Source: a virus | IMG/VR virus record: IMGVR_UViG_3300002461_000311 | Span: 1-64,000 of that record | DNA length: 64,000 nt | Reading direction: 5' to 3' (one strand) | In this document: piece by piece, positions 1 to 9,660 of the stretch | Layout: each line of letters starts with the position of its first letter | Numbering within the stretch: position 1 is the first letter of the stretch | Notes under the pieces: generated by a model | Seen by the model: the letters and a program-made list of their open reading frames with translations, nothing else | Database searches by the model: none | Told to the model about the DNA's origin: nothing | Program-made: the position numbers and the translations under genes

Positions 1-36
1 ATTGCCTCGGTTGAGATCGAGTCGGTAGACCGGCAT
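1..36 (-). CDS. 5' end (12 codons, MPVYRLDLNRGN) of another beta-helix tailspike-like paralog running off the window
   Basis: ATG at 36-34, 3 nt after the stop of 40..513. N-terminus resembles MPVYKIDANRGND of the 60593..62176 protein. Confidence 0.4.
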   Translation of the reverse strand, partial: MPVYRLDLNRGN

Positions 37-39
37 CGC

Positions 40-513
40 TTAACCCGGCTGCGACCGCACAACGAACAGCGCCACCCGAGGCGCACCCGTGCCGCCCCAG
101 ACAGCCCAGATCCCATTCGGGCAGAACACGCCGACACCGCCGCCAGGCCCGATCACGTTCTTGTAGCCGACGACGTTGAAGGTGCCGGTCACGATGCCAG
201 GCGCGAGGTTTATCCCTGCCGCGCTCGTCCCTGCGTGCAGATCCAGCGTCGAGCTGGTGCCGGCGGCCGTCACCTGGTAGCCGTAGATCCAGCACGGGCC
301 GGTGATCGCCTGGGCAGCGGCCACGCCCGTGATCTCGACCATCTCGACCATGGCGCCGCCCCAGTTACGCCAAGCCTGGGAGTCCATGCCCGGCTCGATC
401 GCCTGGTTCGCGACATGCGCCGCGCCCTGCGTGACGTCGACCGTCTCGATCTTGGTGTTGTCGATGGCCTTGGTGCCATGCATTACCTGTCCGACTGTCT
501 TCTCGATACTCAT
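40..513 (-). CDS. hypothetical virion/tail-associated protein (157 aa, Gly/Val-rich)
   Basis: ORF abuts the upstream gene (stop 514-516, start 513) inside the late operon. Confidence 0.6.
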   Translation of the reverse strand: MSIEKTVGQVMHGTKAIDNTKIETVDVTQGAAHVANQAIEPGMDSQAWRNWGGAMVEMVEITGVAAAQAITGPCWIYGYQVTAAGTSSTLDLHAGTSAAGINLAPGIVTGTFNVVGYKNVIGPGGGVGVFCPNGIWAVWGGTGAPRVALFVVRSQPG

Positions 514-1674
514 CTATGCCTCCAGCAACAGGAGCGCCGCGACTGCCGCGGCCACGGCCATCTCTTCTTCGTCGACCAGGCCGCGACCGGATGCGATCGC
601 AGCCTGAGATTCTTCGATCAGGTCCTGGACCTGGCGCGCTGCGACGGCCTCGAGGCCCGCCTCGCTCGCGCCGGCCGCCGGCCCGGACTTCTTCGGCGCC
701 TTCGGCTTCGCCGGCTGCGCCACAACGGATGGCTCAGCGTCGTCGCCGCGATCCGTGGGCTTGGGCTCGATCGCCTGGGCGGGCTTGCCGTACAGGACTT
801 GCGAGCGGCGCTTGCGGATCTTCTCGAACGCGTCCTCATCGGGGCCGCCCGAGAACATCTGCTCGTCGAGCCCGACTGCGCCGATCCTGGGCTGGCCCAC
901 CGCGCTGGTCGGGGCGATGCCCGCCAGGGCAATGACCTGGGGCGCCACGACCGTGGGCGTGCCCACCGCAGCGCTCGAGGCGATGCCGGTGAGCCGGATG
1001 CTCCTGCCGATGTGCGGCTGCCCCACGGCCGCCGTGCTCGCCACGCCGGCCAGGCTGAGGCGCAGGTACAGGCCCGGGGCGCCGACCGCGCTGGCAGGCG
1101 CAATGCCGCTCAGAACGAGCGACTGCGTTGCGCCAGAGAGCGACACCACCGCCGAGCCGATCGCGGCCGCGCTCGCAATGCCCGTGAGCGCGATGACCTG
1201 CTCGGCGAGGATCGTCGGCGTGCCGATCGCGGCCGTCGAACCGATCCCACCCAACGCGAGACGCAACCCGACTCGAGGCGAGCCCACGGCCGCCGCACTG
1301 GCGATGCCGCCGGCTACGATCCTCAGCCCCGCACTGGGCGACCCGATCGCGCTCGTCGGCGCAATGCCGGTCAGGACCAGGGTCTGCGGCGCGCTCGCCA
1401 GGCTGACCACGGGCGAGCCGACCGCCGCAGTGCTCGAGATGCCAGCGAGGATGATGTCCTGCTCGACCCGCAGCGTCGGCGTGCCCACGACCGCGCCGGA
1501 GGCGATGCCAGACGCAGCAATCGATAGCTGGATGTTCGGCGAGCCTACGGCCGCCGTGGAGGCGATGGCTCCTACATTGGAGAGGGTGATGCCACCGGAA
1601 GCCGGCGCCTCGAGCGGCAGCGATCCGATCTCAACTTGCGCTCCATCAAAGAAGATCGAGCGATAGCCGCGCAT
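514..1674 (-). CDS. fibre-like protein with ~11 tandem 20-25 aa repeats (core L-x-G-I-A-S-x-A-A-V-G-x-P)
   Basis: Repeats are visible in the translation, with a 4-unit (~87 aa) super-repeat. The start abuts the upstream stop. Confidence 0.75.
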   Translation of the reverse strand: MRGYRSIFFDGAQVEIGSLPLEAPASGGITLSNVGAIASTAAVGSPNIQLSIAASGIASGAVVGTPTLRVEQDIILAGISSTAAVGSPVVSLASAPQTLVLTGIAPTSAIGSPSAGLRIVAGGIASAAAVGSPRVGLRLALGGIGSTAAIGTPTILAEQVIALTGIASAAAIGSAVVSLSGATQSLVLSGIAPASAVGAPGLYLRLSLAGVASTAAVGQPHIGRSIRLTGIASSAAVGTPTVVAPQVIALAGIAPTSAVGQPRIGAVGLDEQMFSGGPDEDAFEKIRKRRSQVLYGKPAQAIEPKPTDRGDDAEPSVVAQPAKPKAPKKSGPAAGASEAGLEAVAARQVQDLIEESQAAIASGRGLVDEEEMAVAAAVAALLLLEA

Positions 1675-2514
1675 CTATCGCTCTTCGATCAGCTCGAGCA
1701 TCAACATGTTGCTGGTAAACGAGGAGCCGCCAGAGCACAGCACGTCCAGGCATGCATCCTTCTCGATCTCGGAGAGCATGCCGCCGAGGATGTGATCGCG
1801 CTCGGGACTTTGCCCTCGGCCCAGCGAGTCCGCGAAGGAGTTGCTGACCCCAGTCGTATCGCACAGCACGGCCAGCGGCTTGAACAGCACCACGCCGAGG
1901 TTGCCTGCCGTGCCCGTTGACGCCAAGAACGTCACGGCCTCCACCGACAGCACGCCCACATCACCATCGGCGAGCGGCATGAGGATGACGGAGTTCAGCG
2001 TCAACGACGCCGGGAAAGCCGTGATCGCCGTGACACGGTTCGGCGTCCCGGCGCTATTGGTGTACCTGGCCGTGACCGTGATGGGCGTTGCGCCGAGGTT
2101 CGCCCACACTTGCAAGCCGATGCACACGCCCACGCCGCTGGTGTGCCGCGTCAGCGCCGCCGTGGGCAGATTGGTGGTCTGCTCGGTCGGAGTCAGCGGC
2201 GTGACGCTGTTGAGCCCGCCCTGATGCGACAGCCGGTCGATCAGCATGTAGCGCCGATTGCCGCTGCCGCCCTGGCTCATGGTCATCGACTTCGACAACC
2301 AATACTTGGCAGCGCCCGTGCGATGAGCGTTGTTGCGCGCCCACAGCCCGCCGACCGTATTGCCGCCCAGGGCGACCGCGACGGTCGGAACGGCGCCGCC
2401 GCCCACCGTGAATTGCGAAGACCACGTATTCCCGTTATGACCTGCGTTGTTGCCCGCCAGGTGTACCGGGGACCGGCGCGCCTCGTTCGTTGCGGCGAAG
2501 CTCGACCAGGCCAT
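1675..2514 (-). CDS. structural protein, paralog B (279 aa)
   Basis: Internal ATG at 2514 overlaps the upstream TGA by 1 nt. Shares ARYTNxxGxPNRVT and ASTGTxGNxGV motifs with 2514..3350. Confidence 0.7.
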   Translation of the reverse strand: MAWSSFAATNEARRSPVHLAGNNAGHNGNTWSSQFTVGGGAVPTVAVALGGNTVGGLWARNNAHRTGAAKYWLSKSMTMSQGGSGNRRYMLIDRLSHQGGLNSVTPLTPTEQTTNLPTAALTRHTSGVGVCIGLQVWANLGATPITVTARYTNSAGTPNRVTAITAFPASLTLNSVILMPLADGDVGVLSVEAVTFLASTGTAGNLGVVLFKPLAVLCDTTGVSNSFADSLGRGQSPERDHILGGMLSEIEKDACLDVLCSGGSSFTSNMLMLELIEER

Positions 2515-3350
2515 CAGGCGTCCACGAACATCGGGGCCACCACGCCCACGGGCGTGTTGGTGGTCCAGGGCAGGACCGCGAACGCGATACACGCATCGGT
2601 GTCCACCTTCTGAATCGGCGGCAGGCCCGACACGAGATCGCGCATGAGCGGACCGCCGTTGCTGGCGCAGAACGCGCTCATCAACGGGCGAACGACCGTC
2701 ACGCCGAAGTTGCCCACCGTTCCGGTAGAGGCCGACAGCGTGGTGCCCTCGACAGATCGCACGCCAGTATCGCCGCTCTGGAGCACCAGCGGGATCATTC
2801 GCTGCGCCTCGCGCAGCCCGGTGTTGCCGATGCTGACTGCCTGCGTCACTCGGTTCGGGTCGCCGTTCTGGTTCGTGTAGCGCGCGGTGATCGTCCGGCT
2901 GGTGGCGCCGATGAGATCGTAGATCTCAATCCAGATCTGATTGCCCACGCCGCCCGTGTTGCGCGTGAGCGTGCCGCCCACCGCTTGCTCGGTGATTGAT
3001 GTGCCGCTCAAGCCGCTCAAGTGGAGCAGTCGGTCGTACATCAGCAACGTGCCCGGGACCAGGTAGCCCTCGATGCCGAGCAACTGGCGCTCCATGCCGC
3101 CCGCTGCGTTGGCCTGGCCGAGCGCGCCCGCGGTCGTTCGCGTCGGCGCGGACACCGCGCCGGGAAATGTCGAGACCGGGTTGTACGTGTTGTTGTAGTT
3201 CCACAGCGAGATCCAGCGACTGGCTATCGCTGGGATGGCTGCGTTGGCCCCGACGCGAGAGTCATACATGCGCCAGATGCGCTCCGGCGCCCCGGAGCTG
3301 CCGCCACTCGCGCGAGACACGAGATCCGATAGGTCGGCTATCGCGCCCAT
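2514..3350 (-). CDS. structural protein, paralog A (278 aa)
   Basis: Same length and motifs as 1675..2514. Start overlaps the upstream stop. Confidence 0.75.
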   Translation of the reverse strand: MGAIADLSDLVSRASGGSSGAPERIWRMYDSRVGANAAIPAIASRWISLWNYNNTYNPVSTFPGAVSAPTRTTAGALGQANAAGGMERQLLGIEGYLVPGTLLMYDRLLHLSGLSGTSITEQAVGGTLTRNTGGVGNQIWIEIYDLIGATSRTITARYTNQNGDPNRVTQAVSIGNTGLREAQRMIPLVLQSGDTGVRSVEGTTLSASTGTVGNFGVTVVRPLMSAFCASNGGPLMRDLVSGLPPIQKVDTDACIAFAVLPWTTNTPVGVVAPMFVDA

Positions 3351-3793
3351 CAGCCACCCTCAACAATGCGATTGCGCGTCTCGGCGGACAGCAGGCCAGC
3401 GCCGTACAACGCATTGACGCCGCCCACCGTCTCCGGATGCACACGGGATACGCTCTGCGCCCGCTCGAAGCGGTACAACCAGGCTTTGATCGCGTAGTTC
3501 TGATCGGCCGCCGCGAGGATCGAGGCGACCTCGGTGTCCGTCATCAGGCGCAGGAAGTCGATGGGCGCGATCACCACGGGCTCACGGTCTTTGCCATCGC
3601 CGAGCCACGTGTCGCGCATCGCCACAAGTTCGGCGATCTGCTCGCTGGTGAGCGTGACGCCGGCCGCCGCCGCCCAGCTCTCGGGACGCAGGTACTGTCC
3701 GCCGTGAACGCCATGGATCACGCCGTCGACCTCGCCGCGGTAGGTGCGCAGATCGACATCCCAGCCGACCGCGCCATTCGCCAGCGAGATCAT
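3350..3793 (-). CDS. hypothetical late protein (147 aa)
   Basis: ATGA-type overlaps on both sides; normal amino-acid composition. Confidence 0.7.
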   Translation of the reverse strand: MISLANGAVGWDVDLRTYRGEVDGVIHGVHGGQYLRPESWAAAAGVTLTSEQIAELVAMRDTWLGDGKDREPVVIAPIDFLRLMTDTEVASILAAADQNYAIKAWLYRFERAQSVSRVHPETVGGVNALYGAGLLSAETRNRIVEGG

Positions 3794-3987
3794 CCGCCGA
3801 TCACCATGCGGCGACGCGTCGGGTCGTTGCGCAGCAGGCTCTCGCGCTGCCGGGCAAGCACGTCGACCTTCGCATTGGCCGCGCGCTTGACCGCCCGCAG
3901 CTCAATGATTTGCTCGTTGATCTTGCGCACCTCATCCTCGGCCGCAACCAGGTCGGCCTCGATCTTTTCCAGACTGTTCATGCTCAC
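3790..3987 (-). CDS. small coiled-coil late protein (65 aa)
   Basis: Translationally coupled; heptad-like charged sequence. Confidence 0.6.
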   Translation of the reverse strand: MSMNSLEKIEADLVAAEDEVRKINEQIIELRAVKRAANAKVDVLARQRESLLRNDPTRRRMVIGG

Positions 3988-4316
3988 TCCTGAATGATGG
4001 TGGGCGTGCCGACCACGGCGCCAGCCCTGACCCCGCCCGGCATGTACCGGCGCAGATCGCTGTTCCAGGCCGCCTCCTTGCGCACCTCATCCATGATCTT
4101 GGGATGATTGCTCAGCGTGAACGGCAGCCCGGCACGCGCGCACATGGCGCCCTCGTGGATGAGCCGATCGGCCTCGGCGTACTCCTGCGCTTGCAGGCCG
4201 GCGCGGCGCAGCGCAATGGCCAGCTCGAGCGCCTCGCGGTGCCCGATCTCCATGAAGGCCCGATCGTCGATGGCGACGAGCACCTTCGGGCCTTCGCTGC
4301 GAACGCGGACCTTCAC
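3984..4316 (-). CDS. hypothetical late protein (110 aa)
   Basis: Coupled ORF in the late operon. Confidence 0.65.
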   Translation of the reverse strand: MKVRVRSEGPKVLVAIDDRAFMEIGHREALELAIALRRAGLQAQEYAEADRLIHEGAMCARAGLPFTLSNHPKIMDEVRKEAAWNSDLRRYMPGGVRAGAVVGTPTIIQE

Positions 4317-4720
4317 AGGGCGAAGATCCTGTTCGAGCCCGAATCGAACTGAATCGTGATGTCGGCGCCGTTGGGCGTGCAGGGCAAGCCCGTCGCCGTG
4401 TCGACCAGCGCGATCAGATCCTTGGTGGCCTCCGTGCCTGGCGTGTCGTTGAAGAACACCAGCGACTCGAACTGGTCACCGCTCACCGTGGCCACCGTGA
4501 TGTCAGCCGCATCGAACACGCCACCCGTGAACGTCTTGCTCGCCAGGGCGCCGGAGGTGAACACCCGGGCCGGGGCAGTGATGTCGTCCAGGAAGTCGTC
4601 GGTCGCCACGTTGGGCGTGTCATCGGCGTGGTCGACGCCGATGATCTTGATCGAGTCATTCAGATTGACGGTCGCCTGGAGCAATTGCTCCTTGAACGAT
4701 GCAAACAGTGCGTTGGGCAT
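4313..4720 (-). CDS. hypothetical virion protein (135 aa, start MPNALF)
   Basis: ATG at 4720 lies one nt after the portal stop and is preceded by a GAGGAAGGA RBS. Confidence 0.7.
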   Translation of the reverse strand: MPNALFASFKEQLLQATVNLNDSIKIIGVDHADDTPNVATDDFLDDITAPARVFTSGALASKTFTGGVFDAADITVATVSGDQFESLVFFNDTPGTEATKDLIALVDTATGLPCTPNGADITIQFDSGSNRIFAL

Positions 4721-4721
4721 G

Positions 4722-7385
4722 CTAGTCCTTCCTCTTCGCGCCGCTCGCACGGCCGCTCTTGTCGCGCTCGATCACGAGCTTGCCTTTGGGGTCATCGACG
4801 AGCTGCGCTCCCTTGAGCTTGCCGTCCGCGCCCCACTCGAATACCACCCTGCCCTGCTTGCCGGCGGGCGGCTGCTTCGCCTCGATCGTCTTGCCGACCT
4901 CGGCGGCGATCTCTTTGCTCGCCTGGTCCGCCACCTTCTGAGCAATGGCGCCGATGTCCAGCGCGGGCGCTGCCGGCTTCTCGACCTTCTCGCGCTTGGC
5001 CTCACGCTGCTCGGCCTTGGTCTCGACGGTGTCGATCTTCTTCAGCAATTCATTGCGCAGTGATTCGAGTTCCTTGCGCATCGACTCGACCACGCCGTCG
5101 CCGGCCGCACTGAGCCGCGCCACATCGCGGTCCTTGTCGGCGTTGATCTCGGCGATCTCCTTGTCGATCTCCTTGGCGCGCACCACGGCGGCCTGAGACT
5201 TGGCGCCAGCCGCCATGGCCGCGTTGACCTTGGCCAGCTCGCCCAGCAGCTTCTGCTCGCGAACGCCCGCGGTCGAGCGCACCGTGAGCACCTCGGCGGT
5301 GAGCTTGTCGATCTGCTCCTGCGCATTGCGCTGGACCTCGGTCAGGCGCTGCTCGTACTCGGAGCGCACGCTCTCGCCGGCCGGATCGGCATCGAACTCG
5401 CGCAGAGCAGCTTGCGCCTCGGCCTTCAACTTCTCGGCCTTGGCCTCGCGCTCCATCAGGTCGGCGAGCACCATGCGCCGCTGGATGTCGGCCTGCTCGG
5501 CCGCAGCCTCGGCCATCTGCTTCTCTTCCTGCGGCGTGCGCGGCTCGCTGATGCCCATCGCCTTGCGCACCGCATCTGCCATCTCGCGACGCTTCTGAAG
5601 CGAGGTGGCCTCGAGGTAGAACGGCGCGATGGCCGCCTGGAGATCCGGCGGCATGCCCTTCATCACCTCGGCCAGCATCGTCAGCTGCTGCTGACGGTAG
5701 CTCGGCGTGCTCGGCACGTCCTCGAGCGCGACCTTGACCTTGGCCTGGCGCACGTCGTTGATGACGACCTTCTGGCCCGTGTTCTCGTTGAGGATGGTCT
5801 TGTTGAGCACGACGGTCTTGCGCCGGCCGGGCTCGCCCACCATGACCTGGACCTCGCTGCCGATGAGATCCTCGTCGATCAGGTCCACCAGGCGCTCGCC
5901 CACCGTGCGCCGGGCGTAGCGGTAGTTGTCGTTGATCTCGGCCAGCGCCGTCGTGCCCTGCTCGACCAGGCTATCGATGGCCACACCTGAGTTCGCACCA
6001 CCGTCACGGCCGAGCAGCGCGTTGAACACCCCGACGACCTCCTGGACGGCCATCTTGCGCTCTTGCAGGAGCTTGAACTGCTGCTCCGACAATTGCAGGT
6101 TGTCGTCGACGACGAACGCATGCTGCTTGTTCGCCCGGTGCGGGTTGAGCGCCACCCAGGCGTCAGCGCGCGCAATCTCTTCGAGCACGTCCTGCACGGA
6201 GTTCGTCTCGAGATCGAGCGCATCAGCATCGGCCTGCACGCGCTTGGCGCCGAGCAGCCAGTACATCTTCTGCACCCGGGCGTTGACCTCGTCCTGGGGG
6301 CTCAGCATCGCCCGGATCAGGCCATACGGCACGCCCGTGAGATCCTCGCGGTAGCCCCAGAACGGGATGTAGGGGAAGTAGTTGCGCCGGCAAGCGCAGT
6401 CATGCAACCGGTGGGGGCCGGCGAAGATCGCCATGCGCATCTTGGAGTACACGGCCTGCTCGGGGCGCACGCGGCGCGTGGCGAGCAGAGCGAGGTGCAT
6501 GCGATTGCGTACGTCCAGCTCGACCGGCGTGCCGTCCGGCATGCGGATCACGTAGCCACGCACCCATTGACGGTACCAGACCTCATAGAGCGCCAGGCGC
6601 TGGCGGTCACTCATGCGCCAGTCATCCAGCTCGTCGAGCGAGGGGCCGCGCTCGTGGTCGAGATCCTGGCGAAGGTGCGCGCTCATCTGCTCAGAGAGCA
6701 GCTCGTACCTGAGCGGGTCGCCGAAGATCGCCTTCAGGATCTCCTTGTGCTTCGGAAAGTAGGCGACGGCCTGGTCGACGTCGTAGAAGCGCTTGCGCAC
6801 CAGGTACGACGACTGGGTGAGCATCGGGTCATCGTCGTGCCAGTCCCAGAAGATCTCGCGCCGATGGACCGACTGGACCCGGTACGGGTAGTCGAACGGG
6901 TTGTTGCGCCGGCTCACCTCGACCCAGCCCAAGCCCGCCTTGATCTGGCCGGCGTAGCCATCGGAGCAAGCGCGATCGGCGCGTGACTCGCGCTCGGCTT
7001 CCATGAGCTTCGCGCTCTTCGCCTCGGCTACATCCTGCCAGCGATCGTCGTCAGCGGTCAGGCGCCAGTCCGAACGTGTCTTCGCCTCCATGCCGAGCAC
7101 GACGTTGATGATCGGCGCGATCACATTGGTGATCAGCGGACCCATGCCCTTGCGGGCCAGCGCTTGCAGCGTGTCGGCGTCGAGCTGGTTGCCGTCGTAG
7201 TAGTCGACGCACCGATCGGCGTGCCGGCGCCACGGCGGCTGGTTGCGGATGTCCTCCATGAACGAGCACAGCGAGCGATAGCTCAAGCCATCGCTGGGGG
7301 CGTAGCCCTTGCGCTCCTGATGATCGAGGACGTCGAGCACACCGCCTGCGGCGATCGTCGGCGCTACTGCGAGCTGCATGTTCAT
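4722..7385 (-). CDS. portal protein with long C-terminal coiled-coil extension
   Basis: 887 aa, immediately downstream of terminase large subunit. The C-terminal ~250 aa are Ala/Glu/Lys coiled coil, reminiscent of a P22-type barrel. Confidence 0.8.
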   Translation of the reverse strand: MNMQLAVAPTIAAGGVLDVLDHQERKGYAPSDGLSYRSLCSFMEDIRNQPPWRRHADRCVDYYDGNQLDADTLQALARKGMGPLITNVIAPIINVVLGMEAKTRSDWRLTADDDRWQDVAEAKSAKLMEAERESRADRACSDGYAGQIKAGLGWVEVSRRNNPFDYPYRVQSVHRREIFWDWHDDDPMLTQSSYLVRKRFYDVDQAVAYFPKHKEILKAIFGDPLRYELLSEQMSAHLRQDLDHERGPSLDELDDWRMSDRQRLALYEVWYRQWVRGYVIRMPDGTPVELDVRNRMHLALLATRRVRPEQAVYSKMRMAIFAGPHRLHDCACRRNYFPYIPFWGYREDLTGVPYGLIRAMLSPQDEVNARVQKMYWLLGAKRVQADADALDLETNSVQDVLEEIARADAWVALNPHRANKQHAFVVDDNLQLSEQQFKLLQERKMAVQEVVGVFNALLGRDGGANSGVAIDSLVEQGTTALAEINDNYRYARRTVGERLVDLIDEDLIGSEVQVMVGEPGRRKTVVLNKTILNENTGQKVVINDVRQAKVKVALEDVPSTPSYRQQQLTMLAEVMKGMPPDLQAAIAPFYLEATSLQKRREMADAVRKAMGISEPRTPQEEKQMAEAAAEQADIQRRMVLADLMEREAKAEKLKAEAQAALREFDADPAGESVRSEYEQRLTEVQRNAQEQIDKLTAEVLTVRSTAGVREQKLLGELAKVNAAMAAGAKSQAAVVRAKEIDKEIAEINADKDRDVARLSAAGDGVVESMRKELESLRNELLKKIDTVETKAEQREAKREKVEKPAAPALDIGAIAQKVADQASKEIAAEVGKTIEAKQPPAGKQGRVVFEWGADGKLKGAQLVDDPKGKLVIERDKSGRASGAKRKD

Positions 7386-7404
7386 TCGGTTCGAGCCCTC
7401 ATCA

Positions 7405-8946
7405 TCACGCCCTCCAATTCGTTGCTCGGCGGTGATTGATCTTGTTCGGCTTAGGCGGCAGCGCAGCGAAGCGCAGCGTCATGATTGCGTAGCGCGTGGC
7501 GCTCATCAGGTCGTCACGCACCTTGACGATCTTGCCGTCCTTGCGGTGGTAGAGCCTGAACTCCTCGAACCAGTCGTTGAGGTGGCTGAACACCTTCAGC
7601 CGGCCGCCGTTCATGCGCTCGAGCATCTCGGAGATGCCGGCCTCGACGCTGGTGAGGCTTGCCCGGGTGTTCGAGTCCTTGCGGTCACCTTCCTCGGGGA
7701 ACTTGGCCATCTCGGGCAGCATCTTGACGCCCAGGTCCCGGTACTGCGAGGCGAGCTTCGGGCCGGCGGCCGTGTCGTTGTTGCCGTCGTGCGGCCAGGC
7801 CATCGGTATCCACTCGCCGCGGCCCTTGATCGCAGCGGCATGCACAGCCGGCGGCTGCTCGCGAAGCCGGTGGACGTCGTACACGTAGACGATGTCGGCG
7901 TCCCGGTCCCAGGCGATCCAGGCCGCAGCAGTCGGGTGATCCCAACCAAAATCCATCGCGGCCAGTCGCGGCCAGTGCGGGGGCAGCGGGAAGGGCTCGC
8001 ACTTGATGATCGATTCTTCCACCGGAAAGATCCTTCCGCTTCCCAGCACCGGCACGCCCTTGGCTCGAGCCTCGCGCTCGTGGGCCGGGTAGCTCGCCGT
8101 GATCTGGGCGCGCTCCTCTGGGGTGTAGTGCTCTGCGTCGTCGATCGTCATCGAGACGACGTGACGGTCGACCTTGCCCGGATCGTCCTCAGCGGGCAGC
8201 AGGAACCGGCAGACCACGTCCGACATGCCCTTGAGCGGGGTGAACGTCATCGCCACCAGGCCGCGGGTCGTGTTCGTGCGCGTCAGCGTCTCGGTGTAGA
8301 CGCCCAGATCGTCGGGCTCCTCGTCGAGCCAGGCGAAGTCGAGCGTCTCGGCCTGGAACTTCTCCCGGCCCTGCTCGTACGCCTTGAAGGTGAGCTGCGA
8401 CTCGCCGGCCTGCACGTCACCGCCGCCGCCATGCTTCACGACCACGGTATCGATCGAGTCGGCCGCACCGCGCCGCATCGAGTGGTCCTTGATCGCATCC
8501 TTCGGGATCATCCCGGTACCGATCGCGTTCGGCCGGCCCATCAGGATGCGCTGCGCACCGTCGCGCGTCAGTTCAAACGAGACCGAGGCCGACCAGGCCA
8601 CGATCGCCTTGTGCCAGACCCGGCCTTCCCACCAGCTTGGGTACCGGCCGGTGAGATGCATCGCCATCTCGGCGCCGGCCGACAAGGTCTTGCCGACCTG
8701 GTTCGCCGCCATGAGCATGCGCTCACGGTACCGAGCGCCGGCCGCGTGGAACTCGCGCTGCTTGGCGTAGGGCCGATAGCCCTCCAGTCGACGCGCGGCG
8801 AGCGCTTGCTCGAGCTTAGTGCGTAGTGCGAGCAGGGTTGCTCGGCTGGACAGATCCAGCTTTCCCTGCGTCAACTGGTTGAGGTGCGCTAGCTGTGAGA
8901 GCTGCATTGAGTCCTTCAAGGAGCGACTTGGTCTCCTCATAGCCAA
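7405..8946 (-). CDS. terL: terminase large subunit (start codon uncertain; overlaps the terS 3' end)
   Basis: Walker-A-like MAANQVGKT; size and position between terS and portal. Confidence 0.88.
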   Translation of the reverse strand: MAMRRPSRSLKDSMQLSQLAHLNQLTQGKLDLSSRATLLALRTKLEQALAARRLEGYRPYAKQREFHAAGARYRERMLMAANQVGKTLSAGAEMAMHLTGRYPSWWEGRVWHKAIVAWSASVSFELTRDGAQRILMGRPNAIGTGMIPKDAIKDHSMRRGAADSIDTVVVKHGGGGDVQAGESQLTFKAYEQGREKFQAETLDFAWLDEEPDDLGVYTETLTRTNTTRGLVAMTFTPLKGMSDVVCRFLLPAEDDPGKVDRHVVSMTIDDAEHYTPEERAQITASYPAHEREARAKGVPVLGSGRIFPVEESIIKCEPFPLPPHWPRLAAMDFGWDHPTAAAWIAWDRDADIVYVYDVHRLREQPPAVHAAAIKGRGEWIPMAWPHDGNNDTAAGPKLASQYRDLGVKMLPEMAKFPEEGDRKDSNTRASLTSVEAGISEMLERMNGGRLKVFSHLNDWFEEFRLYHRKDGKIVKVRDDLMSATRYAIMTLRFAALPPKPNKINHRRATNWRA

Positions 8947-9382
8947 GATCGTCGAACGGCGAGCGCAGGATCTTGGTCACGTTCACGAACATGCCGAACG
9001 CCTCGCGACCGAACAGCTCGAGCGCCTTGTTCGAGGCGGCGAAGTTAGCAATCCATTCACCAGTGGGCTTGCCTTCGCGGTCGTACACGGGCTCGCCAGC
9101 CTTCGCCTTCATGGCGTTGTCCCAGACCTCGCGCAGCACGTCTTCTCTCGTAACCGCAAGTTTCTCAACGGCTTTCGCGGTCGCTGCCTGCTCTTTGCTA
9201 ACATTTTCGGCAATGAGATTAGCAATGCGCTCCTGCACGTCCTTGCGCTTCTCGACCTTGCAGGCAGCGACGTTCGCCGCCTTGGGCGAGTAGCCTGCGG
9301 TCACGTAGGCTGCGGTCTGCGTCGCACCCTTGGCGCGCTCCTGGCAGTACAGCTCGTGGCGGGCGTTCCTCAGCGCGGGCAT
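8816..9382 (-). CDS. terS: terminase small subunit
   Basis: N-terminus MPALRNARHELYCQERAKGATQTAAYVTAGYSPK is typical of the Terminase_2-type small subunit; sits upstream of terL. Confidence 0.8.
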   Translation of the reverse strand: MPALRNARHELYCQERAKGATQTAAYVTAGYSPKAANVAACKVEKRKDVQERIANLIAENVSKEQAATAKAVEKLAVTREDVLREVWDNAMKAKAGEPVYDREGKPTGEWIANFAASNKALELFGREAFGMFVNVTKILRSPFDDLGYEETKSLLEGLNAALTASAPQPVDAGKAGSVQPSNPARTTH

Positions 9383-9660
9383 CAGTGACGAGCCACTCTG
9401 TCCATGCGGCTGGCGCGGAACAAGCCGAGCCGCTCGCGCACAGTGCGCGGGGCTATTGCGCCGCCAAGGTGGTAGCCCTTGCAGAACTGGCAGCGGTAGG
9501 CGCTGACCTTGCCGTCAGCGTTGCGCCGGATGCGTGAGAGCGCCTGGACGGGGTCGTCGAAGCGCTGCTTGGTCTCGCACTGGTTGCGCCGGATCTCTGC
9601 CTGGGCAATGTGCGCCTCCAGGCGGTGGATCACCTCGGACCAGTTGACTCGGGCGGTCAC
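9382..9660 (-). CDS. small Cys-containing protein (92 aa, GTG start)
   Basis: GTGA overlap with the upstream stop and a GGAGGA RBS 9 nt upstream. The longer ORF N-terminus is Arg-rich shadow sequence. Confidence 0.55.
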   Translation of the reverse strand: MTARVNWSEVIHRLEAHIAQAEIRRNQCETKQRFDDPVQALSRIRRNADGKVSAYRCQFCKGYHLGGAIAPRTVRERLGLFRASRMDRVARH

